A DNA stretch of 64,000 bases. Source: Chiloscyllium plagiosum (lineage: Eukaryota). The notes under the pieces are model-generated. The model had not been told where the DNA came from and ran no database searches. It worked only from the letters and a program-made list of their open reading frames with translations. Below are positions 25,521 through 37,719 of this stretch, one piece after another; positions within the stretch are counted from its first letter, which is position 1; each line of letters opens with the position of its first letter. The stretch spans positions 4,561,220 through 4,625,219 of the forward strand of contig NC_057754.1 of NCBI RefSeq assembly GCF_004010195.1. The letters are read 5' to 3'. Made by a program: the position numbers and the translations under genes.

Positions 25521-26285
25521 CAATTGATGTTTGTGCTAAACTATGGATTTACAATAAAACTTTAAATCGCTGGAAGTCTTTTGCTGCCTAATTCAAGTTA
25601 TGAATATAGTCTTTAAAACACTTTCCACATCCACCTTATCAAGACCATTCAGAACCTTATACACCTCAATCAAGTTACTTCTCACTCTCCTGATCTCCAG
25701 TGGAAACAAGCCCAGCATATACAATCAATCTTCATATAACAATTCACTTATTTTAGAAATTAATCTCGCAAACCTCCCTTGAACCACGTCCAATGTATTT
25801 ACATTCTTCCTTAAAGGAAGAGATCAGAACTATACACAGTATTTGAGATGAACTAGAAAGACCCTTATGAAAAGGGGTAAATAAACTCGAAACATTAACT
25901 CTGTTTTCTCTTCACAGATGCTGACATAACGGTTGCTTTTCTCCAGCAACTTGTTTTTGGTTTGTTTCAGATAACTAGTATTTGTATTTGAGATGTAGTT
26001 TTGCCTACGTCCTGTACTGCTGAAGCATAATATCCTTACTTTTATGTTCAAGTCTTCTTCCAATAAAGTATACTATTCCTTGAGCTTTCTTAAGCGCAAG
26101 CTGTACCAGCATACTAACGTTTTGCTGCTCACGCACTAGAATACCCAAATTCCTAGCGTTTTGGAATTCTGCAGTTGTTCTCCATTTAAGCAGAACTTTC
26201 TCTCCTTTTTTTAATCTTCCTACTAAAGAAATTTTTTCACATTATACTTCAACTGCCAATTTTTTGCCTAATCACAATCCATATA

Positions 26286-26441
26286 CAGAGGAACCTCGAT
26301 TATCTGAACAACAGGGGCAGGAGTAATTTGTTCAGATAATTGAAAGTTTGGGTAACGGAATGCCAGATAACACAGTTTAGCCAAGCATTGGGACCTTGCG
26401 ATCTGGGATAATCCAAAATTCGGATAATCGAGGTTATTCTG
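26286..26441. mobile_element. Tc1/pogo-type MITE with TA target duplication
   Basis: TA|CAGAGGAACCTCGATTATC ... GATAATCGAGGTTATTCTG|TA terminal inverted repeats; inserted in an old minus-strand CR1 fragment. Confidence 0.8.
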
Positions 26442-26849
26442 TATACCCACCTGCAACTTTCTTATACCTTCTTCACAACATACTTTCCAAGCTATTTTGG
26501 CATTCTTTGAATTTAGCTCCAATGCTTTCACTCACCTCATCTAAGTCATTGATGTGAATTATAAAAGGTTGTGGTCCAACGCAAATCTCTGTGGAACCTC
26601 ACTGATCACACCTAGATACAGACTCTGTACATTCTATTTTCTGATAGCCAGCCAATATTCTAATCATTATAAAATATGTTGTTATCCCTTACATCATGAA
26701 CTTTTATTTTCTACAATAACATCTGTGGCATCTTATGAAATGCTTTCTGGAAATTCAAGTGCAGTAAGTACAGGCTCCATGTGCATGTTACTCCTTCAAA
26801 TAAATTGGTTAAACATGATTTTCTTTGACAAAACCTTGAGCAAGTCTAT

Positions 26850-27372
26850 AGCTCCTTGAAAATAGCAACAAAAGCGGATAAGGTAGAAAAGAAAGCATAT
26901 GGCATGCTTGGCTACTTCAGTGGTTTACCAGGATGTTGCCTAGATTGTAGTGTACTAGCTATAAGGAGAGCTTGACACCCTTGGATTGTTTTCACAAGAG
27001 CATTGGAGGTTAAGGGGCAACATGATAGAAGTATATAAACTTATGAGCAGCATGAATAGGGTGGATAGCGGAGGGTTTTTTTCCCCAGGATGGAAACCTA
27101 GGGGGCATAGGTTTAAGGTGAGAGGGGGAAAGTTTAAAACAGATGTGCAAGGGAAGTTTTTATAGACACTGGGTGGTAGGTGCCTGGACCACACTGCCAG
27201 GGGAGGTGATAGAAGCAGATACAATAGCAATGTTTAAGAGGCATTTATACAAACACATGAGCAGGTAGGGAAATAGAGAGATACGGACCATGTACAGGCA
27301 AAGAGGATTAGTTTAGAATTGCATCATGACTGGCTCAAAGGGCCTGTTCCTGTGCTGCACTGGTCTGTGCTA
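26850..27372 (+). mobile_element. CR1 LINE 3' fragment
   Basis: ..LGLFSQEHWRLRGNMIEVYKLM.. and CR1 tail. Confidence 0.8.
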
Positions 27373-28392
27373 TAAAGCTACAACAGATTGACTAAACTGT
27401 TTTACTACTGTAACGTATCAAAAGTTAAGTGATAATTTTAATTATTCACAATGTCTCCTAGTGGGTTTTACTCAGCATTAATTGCAAAAATTCAGCAAAG
27501 ACGGAGAAAAATTACACCCTACAATTATACCTGAGAGGAACTATAAATGCTCAGTGTAATGTATTTTACATGGTCCATGCCTTCTGTTTATAATTTCACA
27601 GTTTTTTTTTAGAAAAGCTCCCTCATTATTAACGAGTTCACTAGCTGAATTACACAAATCAGGCAGATTTCTAATCTGTGTTGTCAGATGATTTGAGCCA
27701 AGGCAATGATAGAGATGCTACAGTCTGGGGAAAGGAGAAAGATCTCCCATATTCCTGGCCCTAATAAATCCCTGCCGGAAGAGAAGACACAAATAATGGC
27801 TGCAAATAGGATCATTGTATTTAGGATACAATTGTAGGAGTTAAATAAAACATCTCACTGTAAACTGAAAATATAATGAATAGCCAGTTGGGAAAGCATT
27901 GCATATTCCTGGAGCCTTATCCGAGATTGGGGAAACCACCTCAGGGGAGAGTAGAGGAGAAATTGTTGGTAAGAAGGGCAAAGAAAATAATTAAGTGGAC
28001 AAATACAATACACATTTGTATTGTCAGGAAGCTATTTACAGCTAACTAAATGAATCTATAAATTCTGTTTTATTCATGATAAGGGTTCTCTGAACAGCTT
28101 TATCTTTGTCATATTAGAGTTTATCTTTATGTCCCACAGTTTTGCTAACCCAGGGAAAATGAAAAGATTTTGTACCTATATTATCCACTTTGTCAGTTTG
28201 TAAGGGAAAATTACTGCAGCTCAAATAAAGACATTCCGCTGAATGTGCACAGCTCATATAAACAATATTTTAGCCACCCTAAGGCAATTAGGGATAGACA
28301 ATAAACTCCAGCTTAGCCAGCAATGTCCAGTGCTCATGAGCAAATAAAAACCCTTAGAATATCGCCTTTTGATAAACAAATAAAAAACTTTC

Positions 28393-28540
28393 CTTCTGTG
28401 GTCCTTTCATCTGTATTTTGAGTCAGACGTTGACCATATTGCTTCCAGTTTGCTAGATGAGATGGATCCATCATGAATGACAAAGAATTTGTGTTGTTTT
28501 TGAATAATATTGGCAAGTCAGCTGGTCCATATATAAATAT
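28393..28540 (-). CDS. TOP6BL: TOP6BL exon 9 (non-canonical splice sites on both sides)
   Basis: IFIYGPADLPILFKNNTNSLSFMMDPSHLANWKQYGQRLTQNTDERTTE, similar to mouse 'IFLYGPLGLP...IDWKKY'; 148 nt. Boundaries inferred from reading frame and collinearity (AT acceptor, GA donor). Confidence 0.85.
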
Positions 28541-29827
28541 ATGTGTTAAGTCAAGGAGGGCTGTTTTGCAGGTATTATTGACCTGAAAGCGATTTGCTAG
28601 TTCCAAAATGATATCCTGGAGGTTAAAGTCCTTTCCACCTCTACTCCATGATCTAATAGGTAAATTGCAAACATGCTCCTCCACCTGCTGGTTTGAAGAC
28701 AGGGACCACCCAAAATCTGGTGATGGCCATTCTGCCACCTACCTTCTTGCCTGTAATCTTTTTGAAATTTTATTCGTGGGGGGGTGGGGGGGGGGGGTGC
28801 GGGCGGGACAGAGAAAATATTGCCCGCAATTCCTTGATGCTCTTAAGAGGTTAATTAATGTCCTTTTATGAGTCTCCCTCCACTGTCACCAGTCTTTCAT
28901 CTTTTTGGAGCGGGGAGCCCCACCACATGTGGGAAGTCTACCAAATTTAGTTTCATGAGCTGGTGTCAGATCAGCTAGTGGTAGTGGCGGTAGTTGCGTG
29001 CTGGGGTTTCAGTCAGGACTTTCAGCATCATTCATGACAAAGTAACCCTGTTAATTGGCAAGTTATTCACTACATTACCATTTGTTCTTTATTGCCACCA
29101 TATTGTACATGGTACACATTACAGATATAAGATTCAATCACGGCAGCAACTCACCAAACCTTCTTCCCAAAGATTACCTTGGAGGACAAGGGCAGCAAAT
29201 GTATGTGAGTTTTAAAGGTCATGGGTTTGGGAGGAAATGTTGGAAAAGCCTTGACAAGTTGTTGCCAAGATTACTGGCTGTACCTGTAAGTACCTGACTG
29301 AGTCACACATAGCCTGTCTTGAAAACATGCATCCCTCCATTATCGCTTGGTAAGTAGTTTGGAACTTCCTACCAATCAGCACCTGAATTATAGTGATTCA
29401 ATACATCAATTCACTACCATATTCTTAGGCCATTTAGGGTTGGGCAATAACTGTTGTGTTCCCAGCAACAGGAACATTCCATGAACTAACAGCATCATGT
29501 CCAATATATTATCCATTTGCGTGCCTTTGCAATTCAATGTGTGTCGTTAAAAATAATATTTTCATGAAGCCTCAAAAGGAAGGCGCAGTTCAAGGGCTAG
29601 GATGTCAAACCTATTCAAACAAAGCAATTCTCTGGGTACTAATTAGGGAAAAATGAAAGCTAATTTGCATTATGACAGTGCTAGGATCATGCTTACTCAT
29701 ATCCACCACGATAGCTATCCTCATATAGCACACGATGGAAGCATGTCACAAGATGTGCAAATTCCAGCAAGAAACTTATCTTCCATTTACATCCACATGT
29801 TATATACATTCTTTCTGTTAAGGATAC
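28541..29827 (-). other. U12-type (minor spliceosome) intron 8 of TOP6BL, predicted GT-AT termini
   Basis: 5' splice site GTATCCTTAA; branch point TCCTTGAC ending 9 nt before the in-frame exon start; no AG or polypyrimidine tract near the acceptor. Confidence 0.85.
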
Positions 29828-30020
29828 AGATACATTAGAAACTCCAGCAGGCTTGTTGGGGTAGTTCTTAAGGCAAGGGCAAATAGCAGCTATTGATAAT
29901 ATCTCAAGCACTCCACACAATCCTTCTTCAGCCAGTTTGTTAGGAATCGAAAGAGGGAACAACTTCCCAGCAACAGGATGGAGTCTATAGCAATGCGAAT
30001 CAGCTGCACATTCAAAATTT
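29828..30020 (-). CDS. TOP6BL: TOP6BL exon 8
   Basis: NFECAADSHCYRLHPVAGKLFPLSIPNKLAEEGLCGVLEILSIAAICPCLKNYPNKPAGVSNVS, similar to mouse 'HCSRIHPVLG..LFIP...GLLGEL...AALCP'; 193 nt; followed by U12-type donor GTATCCTT. Confidence 0.92.
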
Positions 30021-30696
30021 CTGATCAGAAAAAAAGTAGGTTAATGCACAACATAAACAATATATATTTACAAGATAACTTTTGTTAAGCAAAATAAAAC
30101 CGGTGGTGAAATTGTGGGAAATCCATTAATGTGATAGGTTTGCAATATTTAAGAAGCAAATGTATGTAAGAACTTAACAGATAATGAGATTTTATTATGT
30201 GATAGAACATTCCTGGCAAAAATCATAGCTTGAACCAAATAATTGTTCAGGACTTTTCGCTGAGCAGTTTGTACTGAATTATAGGTGACACAATATTTCA
30301 TGCATTAAAATTAACAATGGTTCATTGTGTGAGCTCCAGATTGAGTATTGTGATACTTGCACTCAAAAGTCAGATCCACACCCAATTATTGGCATTTACA
30401 TAGCAGACCAGTAACTCAAGAGTTCAATTATAGAAAGTTGTGAATTAACACTAGAGAAAGCTTACTCTGCAAATTAACAATTTGACGTAAAAACACAACT
30501 TGTTAACTGCTGTCCTTCAGGGAAGGGAGTTTGCTTGTTGACTCTTAATACCCATTAACTTTTATCTGCTAACTTATAAAATAATCACTTGGCCCACCAT
30601 CAATTTCTCAGGACCGCCATAATAAAGGCTTTACTAGTTTTATGCACAACTCAAGAACAAAAGCTTTATTCTGGCAAGTTATCATTTAATACTTAC

Positions 30697-30765
30697 TTGA
30701 TATAGTGAGTGCTGTCAGAAAGTACAGTATGTCCGTTACTGCAAAATTGGTCCAGTTTCTCACTC
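30697..30765 (-). CDS. TOP6BL: TOP6BL exon 7
   Basis: (K)SEKLDQFCSNGHTVLSDSTHYI; atttag / gtaagt flanks; 69 nt, phase 2 to 2. Confidence 0.85.
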
Positions 30766-31859
30766 CTAAATTTAAAGTATTTTAGTTACTGTTGAATCAA
30801 ATTTGTGCATTTTAATTTCTCGTAGTTCCTGGTTTTGCTGGCAAATATCACTTAGTTATGTTCAGCAATAGTATCTTGTACATACATGATACCAATGCTG
30901 TGCAGCCAAAGCCTGCTCATGATACACCTTCTTTACTTTATGTAACTTTTTTGGGTAATTCCATGGTTTATCATTTGTCTATGGGCTTTATGTTGCACTT
31001 AAACACTCAAATGCTGATATCTACCATTCTTTCCAAGATTATGGGTTAGAAATTAGATCAGCAAAGTTGATGTACAATATTTAGTGTTGTTGTAGCATTT
31101 CTGAGTATGCTATAGTATCTTTATCTAGATATTAACCCATTAAAATATGTAAAGAGAATTTGGCCATTCAAAAGCATGCCATACTGTGTATGTATAGCTA
31201 TTCTACCAGAGGTATCTTCTCCCCACTTGACAATCCCCTAATTTAAAAGGAACCAAGTTGCTTCCAAGATTCCCTGCAAAAGAAGAAGTAAGCGTAATTT
31301 TCCCCAGTAGTATTTACTGTCAATATCTGGACGTACTGCAAACCTGGAATCACAAAACTATTGAGGAAACGTGGCTGGGGAATGCATGACAGTGACAATA
31401 CTAAAATGTGGGTTCAATTTGATTCAAAGTTTTTGATTTTTATTGCCTTAAGGAGAGATTTGTCATTGGTCTTCAGTATTCACAAATAACTGCAAATCTA
31501 GAATTGCATTATCCATAATCTCTTCCACATAAAAGTATAAACACTCATCATTTCATGTTGTTGCAGTTTCATATGTCACAGGTAATAAATAACAAAATCC
31601 TCACTTCATCACCATCTTGACCATGCATACTGTCTGCTCCACTGTGTAAAGTAAATCTTTCAGCCATTACATAGGGAATCAGTGAAACTGAAAAGTATGC
31701 AGTGATGATTTTTAGTATTATATACAGTAGGGGACAAGAATTATGGGGTTCTGGATTAACAAAAGTTTGGGAACAGTAAGATAGTTATTTTATACTGATA
31801 ATAAATGGTGTTATTCTACATGCTGTTGCAGTGAATTCATAGTAAGTGAATATTCTTAC

Positions 31860-31915
31860 TTGAAGATGTGAGTCGATAGATTACCATTTACTTTGACATA
31901 AAACTGGATTTTTAC
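31860..31915 (-). CDS. TOP6BL: TOP6BL exon 6
   Basis: VKIQFYVKVNGNLSTHIF, similar to mouse 'KFSFSVAVNGTLSAETF'; ttttag / gtaaga flanks; 56 nt. Confidence 0.9.
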
Positions 31916-32489
31916 CTAAAAGATAAAGTTTTATCTTACTTAGTCTTGAGAATAATATTCAAAACTAATACAACTTAAAAACTGACCCTGCAGTAACATT
32001 AAAAAACACAACTTTTTAAAATCCAAATCGTTTTTTAAACCATTTTGTCAGTCAATTTTTATTTATCCTACTGATTAATAGACTGTTTTCTTGTTTTTAT
32101 TGATTTTAGTCTCTTGCACTTTTCTTCTATTTCGCTATTGTATTTTCCATTTCTCTTATTCATCGATGCAAAATTCTTTATATTGTTTATAATTTATCCC
32201 CAAACTACTCCTAATCAAAAGTACAACAATTATATTCTAGCAAACATCAAATTCTTTAAGGAGCTACACTAATGTAGTTCTCATACTTGCACCCACTTCA
32301 TATGCACCCATAATTTTGATTACATGACAGTTATATATAACTGACAGAAAATAAGTTACCATTATACTTGGTTTCAACTATATTCTTCCCACCCTTCCAT
32401 AAACAATGGCATCCCAGTTTGTCTTCCAAACCACCTCGACTCCAGATAAATCCACTCCATGGTAAAAATATAGGAACAGCAGAGTTTCA

Positions 32490-33112
32490 AAATATAGATT
32501 TTGTCTGCGCAGATCACTGAAGTGTACCAGTAAGGTATAAAAATGGATCAAAAGAGCTAATGGATGGTTAGCCTTTATAACTAGAGGGCTACAAGATAAA
32601 AGGAAGGAGAGTTTGCACAGCCATTGAATAATTTGATCAGACCACATGTGGAATATCTGTGTATAACTTTCAGCATCTTACTTTAGATTAAGTTTAATGT
32701 CCTTGGAACCAGTGCAAGGACATGGATTTACCAAATCGTTAACATTATTATATTATGAGGGAAGACTACATAAACTAGGCTTGTATTTTTTAGAGCAAAA
32801 GAGGTTAAGGTGCAATCTAATTCAGGTTTTGAAAGGAATTAATAGGATGGACAAACCTCTGCGAGTGAGGAACTTAGGATAAAGGAACGCACATTAATTT
32901 CATAGCCTTGCCAGTCAAGAAGGAAATTAGAAAATATTTATTTACATAAAATGTAAATACTAGTTTAATTAAACTTCTTTTAATCTCTGAAGGATAGATA
33001 TTAGCTTGTCAAGAGTATAACATATAGAGTGAAGGCATGTATATGAAGTCAAGATACATATCAGTGATGATCTCATTGAATGAGGCAATATAGCCTTGAT
33101 GGCCGGTCCTAT
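32490..33112 (+). mobile_element. Old CR1 LINE 3' fragment
   Basis: ORF ..YEGRLHKLGLYFLEQKRLRCNLIQV.. Confidence 0.65.
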
Positions 33113-33253
33113 TTTTATTTTCAAGATTCCTAGTTGGCCAACTCATCCTTCATACTTGAAGGCTTAATATTTGGTCTTAGTGCAAGAGACAAAATTAGAA
33201 TTTAATTTAATATTTTGTTCTTCTAGGTCACTGAGTTGTTTAGTATTCAATAC

Positions 33254-33337
33254 CTGTGCATGCACAATACTGATCCTGTGTAAGAAATTCTTGATTGTTA
33301 GGCAATCTTTCATCACAATGCAGCTTTGTTCAGAAAT
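33254..33337 (-). CDS. TOP6BL: TOP6BL exon 5
   Basis: ISEQSCIVMKDCLTIKNFLHRISIVHAQ, similar to mouse 'MTDCLVIKHFLRKIIIVH'; AG/GT flanks; 84 nt. Confidence 0.92.
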
Positions 33338-33761
33338 CTAATTAACACAGAAAAGAAGACTGATTTTGTACACATTGCTCAATATTTAGCTGTATATTTG
33401 CTCCCAAAAGTGAAAAAAAGTGATATTTTGCAAAGAAACAAATTAACACAAGTAAGTTTGTCAAAAGTTCTTTGTTAGTCCATGACAAAATGGAGCATCA
33501 ACCAACAACATGTGACTATTTCAGGTTCCAGAAAAAAGCTAACAGCACATCTAAGGTCCTTGCTGTACACTACATTAACTAAGACATTCATCCATTTTAT
33601 ATATATATTCATTTATATTCAGCCGTACACAATTATAAGAATGATGTTAATTTTTGCTACTCTGCCTCTTACCTCTCGCCCTCCTAAGACCTTAACAAAT
33701 AAAAACACTAATTTTTTTTTAAATGGTGACATCTATTGGAGGTCAATCGCACTGTTCATAC

Positions 33762-33871
33762 CTCAAATGTCAGCCTGAAATCTGAAGAGATGAACTTCTC
33801 ATTTAAATCAGCAGTCCCCAAGTCCACTTGCACCACACGTAAGGATAGCTGGAGCAAAAGCTTTTCTATTA
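33762..33871 (-). CDS. TOP6BL: TOP6BL exon 4
   Basis: aatcag|(V)IEKLLLQLSLRVVQVDLGTADLNEKFISSDFRLTFE|gtatga; 110 nt. Confidence 0.88.
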
Positions 33872-34879
33872 CTGATTAAAACAAAGACCAGAATTACGAG
33901 AACAAACATAAGTAGCACTGAAGTAATTTTATCTGAGCAAGTCTAAGGTCTTAGAACTGGAAACTTTTCTACTTTGAATCAAAAACAGGAATAACATTGT
34001 CGCAAACAAAACATTTTGTTTTTTTTTTGGGGTTATGATATTGGGGATGTGGTGGCATAGTGGTAATACCACTGGACTAGTAATTCTGAATCAAACAAAT
34101 GTTTTGAAGATGTGTGTTTAAATTTCACAATGTAAATGGGTAAATTGGAATTCAAAATTTAAAACATCTGGAATAAAAAGATAACCTAATGGCAGCCATG
34201 ATTGATTGTAAAAATAACATCTGGTTCACTAATATCTGCTGTTTTTAGCTGGTCCAGCCTACATGTGACTCCAGACCTACAGTAAGTGGCTGATTCTTAA
34301 CTGCCCTCTGGACAACAATTAGTGTCAGAAAATAAATGTTGGCCTAGTCAGTGACACCAACAGCCTTAGAACAAATGAAAACATGGTTCAGTCACTGAAC
34401 ACAGCAGTAGAATGTTACTTTGCACTTTTTTTGGTATTTCCAAAATTTGTGCTATTTCAAACAATATTGTAATAATGTTCCAACATCATGTGCTTCTCAT
34501 TTCATGAAAACTATTAGTGAATAAACATTATCACTCTGCTTCAACAGCACGTTGGCCAGAAGAAATGCATCTCTCCCGATCCCTTGAAGAATTAGTGAGT
34601 TTTGGGGAATTACTGAGTTTGTTTATTTGGAGCAGAGAGGGGAAAAACATGTCTATATACAAAACATCGATTAACTGCCAGACTTTTCAGAAAAAAAAAC
34701 ATGTTTACAATTCTCTTTCATCTACTGTAAACAGAGAAATCTTCAAATGAAATTGGAGGAACTGCTCCAGCTAATTCTGAATCCATACTAGCAGAAAGTT
34801 GGGGTGTCAAAAGTGCAGAGGACAGCAATGGAGCAAAGAAGATTTGGAAGAGATAAGATTCATTCCTTTAAGCCCTTAC

Positions 34880-34933
34880 CTTTGTAAAAGTAATATGTTT
34901 GATTATTGGAGATCCATTGTCCAGCAGCTGCAA
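34880..34933 (-). CDS. TOP6BL: TOP6BL exon 3
   Basis: gaccag|(V)AAAGQWISNNQTYYFYK|gtaagg; 54 nt, phase 1 to 1, keeps frame. Confidence 0.8.
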
Positions 34934-35074
34934 CTGGTCAAATTGTTATCATTAGAAAAAATAACATTGTGACTGAAAAGAAACTGAGCATTAACAGATT
35001 AAATTAAATGTTAGGCTTCAGTTTAGTTAGTATCAACTTTGAGCACTTATTTGTGTTATCATACACCTAGCTAC

Positions 35075-35219
35075 CTGTTACAACACAGATGAGATATTCC
35101 TTGTGGAAGTGTAAGGTAGAGTTTACTGCATCAACCAATACAAGTAGATCTCCTTCCAGAGATGATCTTCTAAATCTTCTGTTCATGTTTTTAATATGAA
35201 TAATAAGGTACTCTATAAC
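35075..35219 (-). CDS. TOP6BL: TOP6BL exon 2
   Basis: ttttcag|VIEYLIIHIKNMNRRFRRSSLEGDLLVLVDAV...LICVVT|gtagct; resembles mouse 'EILRYLIIHWK...LLDGQLVISIEA'; 145 nt. Confidence 0.9.
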
Positions 35220-35293
35220 CTGAAAAGAAACAATACTCCAGTATCCAATCGATATGAGTCATTTTAATATTATGATTAATATTAGACTAGTAT

Positions 35294-36280
35294 CAGCGAG
35301 TTTTGAGCAGATTCGTAGCTCAGGTTGGGGTTCTGGATGTAGGTTTGCTCGCTGAGCTGGAAGGTTCATTTTCAGATGTTTCGTCACCATGTTAGGTAAC
35401 ATCTTCAGTGAGCCACCAGATGAAGCACTGCTGGTGTTTTCTGCTTTCTATTTATATGCTTGGGTTTCCTTGGGTTGGTGATGTCATTTCATGTGGTGAT
35501 ATCATTTCCTGTTCTTTTTCTCAGGGGGGTCGGAAAAGGGATCTAAATAAATGTGTTTGTTGATAGACTTCCAGTTGGAATGCCATGCGTCTAGGAATTC
35601 TCGTGCACGTCTCGGACAGCAGAAACCCTAGCCACTTTCTCCTACATCAAAGACGTTTCAGAAATGACTGCTAGACTACTCAGACTCCTTGGCATTGTGG
35701 TATCCCACAAACCCACCAACACACTAAAACAGCAGCTAATGAACTTGAAAGACCCTAGACAGACAACAAGCAAAACTAATGTAATTTACAAAATATCGTG
35801 CAAAAACTGTAACAAACACTACATTGGACAAACAGGCAGAAAACTAGCCACCAGGATACATAAACATCACTAGCCACAAAACGACATGACCCTTTCTCCC
35901 TAGTATCCTTACATACAGATAAGGAAGGATACCAGTTTGATTGGGACAACACATCTATCCTAGGACAAGCCAAACAGAGACATGCACGAGAATTCCTAGA
36001 AGCATGGCATTCCAACCAGAACTCTATCAACACATTGACTTAGATCCCATTTACGACCCTCTGAGAAAAAGAACAGGAAATTATGTCAGCACAGGGAAAT
36101 GACATCACCACAGGAAATGACATCACCAACCCAAGGACACTCAAACATATAAATAGAAAATAGGAGACAACAGCAGTGCTTCATCTGGAGGCTGAAGCCG
36201 TAATCACTGAAGACGTAATCTAGTATGGTGACAAGATGTCTGAAAATGAACCTGCCAGCTCAGTGAGCAAACCTACATCC
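35294..36280. mobile_element. Penelope-like element (third family), inverted arrangement, 13-bp TSD, in TOP6BL intron 1
   Basis: Plus ORF ..SKTNVIYKISCKNCNKHYIGQTGRKLATRIH (GIY-YIG); 35318-35612 is an inverted copy of the 3' end; TSD ATTAGACTAGTAT at 35281-35293 and 36281-36293. Confidence 0.92.
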
Positions 36281-36744
36281 ATTAGACTAGTATTTTGGAA
36301 TACTTCATTGTATGTCAGTAGCTAGGGATCACAATTTCAAAATTGTCAGCAAGAGAGCTAGGAATAAGCTGAGGAGAAACGTCTTTACTCAGAGAGTTGT
36401 TAGTATTTGAAATGTACTGCCAGGACAGTTGTAGAGGTGGATTCCATAAGATATTTCATATGAGAGCTGGATATATATTTGAAATTGATGAATTTTGAGT
36501 GACAGAGGTAGGGATGGATAATGAGACTAGCTGGATAGCTCTTTCAGGAGCTGGTACAGATACAATAGCTCAAATAGCTTACTTTTGTACTGTCAAATTC
36601 TATGGTTCTCTGTACATTTGAACTTATTGAGTCATAGCTAAGCAAAGCACTTTGCTGAAATGTCACTGTATATGTAAAAATTGGCAGATGAGATTAACAT
36701 TACAAATAGAGTTTGTGATTCTCTTTACCATGGCCCTGACAGTA

Positions 36745-37015
36745 TCAAATGATCACATTTGGAGTGCATTCTAAGATTCTTCAATAACTGCACAAAGGTC
36801 AGAAAAGTTAGATCAATCAGAATGGAGCCCTTTTGGACAGCATCATGATCTCCAATGGCGTTCAGGAAGGATGTGTTCTCTACTCTTTTCAGTTTGAAAT
36901 TTCAAGACGAAGGCCGGTCTGACAGAGACTGAGCAGATGACAGACTCTTCAATCTGCTACGAGTGCATAGCAAAAACATACTCAAAGCAGAGCTTCTGTT
37001 TGCTGACAACTTTGA
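36745..37015 (+). mobile_element. Very old RTE-clade LINE RT fragment
   Basis: Remnants read NGV..GCV, D.RLFNL and ELLFAD. Confidence 0.5.
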
Positions 37016-37696
37016 CATTCTTGGTTCAGCTCATCTGAATTGATACTACACGTGCTTCTAGGTCAATTGGTCTTCCTCACTGAGAACTGACAGGCAGTGG
37101 TTGCTCTTACGTGCTTCCACAGTGTGACTATTCTTCTCGGGTAAACTTATATAAGAAGCATTTACAAGTTATCAGCCACAAATGACCCTACAACCTAACA
37201 CAAACTTCATGGAATTGACATCTTTAGGAGGCCTAGCGCATCTGTCCTGCCCAATGGAACATAAAATCCATTACAGTATGCTGATTGACTGAACTCTGAA
37301 TTATGCTCTGCTAATTCGGGGCAAAGGGAAATAGAAACTAGGGTTCTTCCTAAACATGTCTCAGACATTAACTGGATCATCTGAGTCTCTGCAAGCAAAT
37401 GGTTTCAACAGTACAAACCCTTCAATCAAATTGTACCCTTGCTGATAGGGTGAGGTACGGTGCTCTCATAAAGCTGACTAAAGACTATTGGGCATGTGTT
37501 CATTTTGCTTGGAAACACAACACAGCGCATGCATGCAAACTGCATAATTTGGTCTTCAACTCATGCACTAAATAGGCACTTTTTTTTCTTTCCTCTTATG
37601 CAATTCATCGCCGGAGTCTTCTTTAAAAAAAAATGCAAAATTATTGAGGCCACAATTTTGTTGTCGGGTTTTTGCACTCTGCTTCCATTCCATTAC

Positions 37697-37717
37697 CTGC
37701 CGGAGAGCGGTCTCCAT
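37697..37717 (-). CDS. TOP6BL: TOP6BL exon 1 (METALRQ)
   Basis: Strong Kozak AACATGG inside a CpG island; donor CAG|GTAATG; phase 0 joins exon 2 in frame. Confidence 0.82.
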
Positions 37718-37719
37718 GT

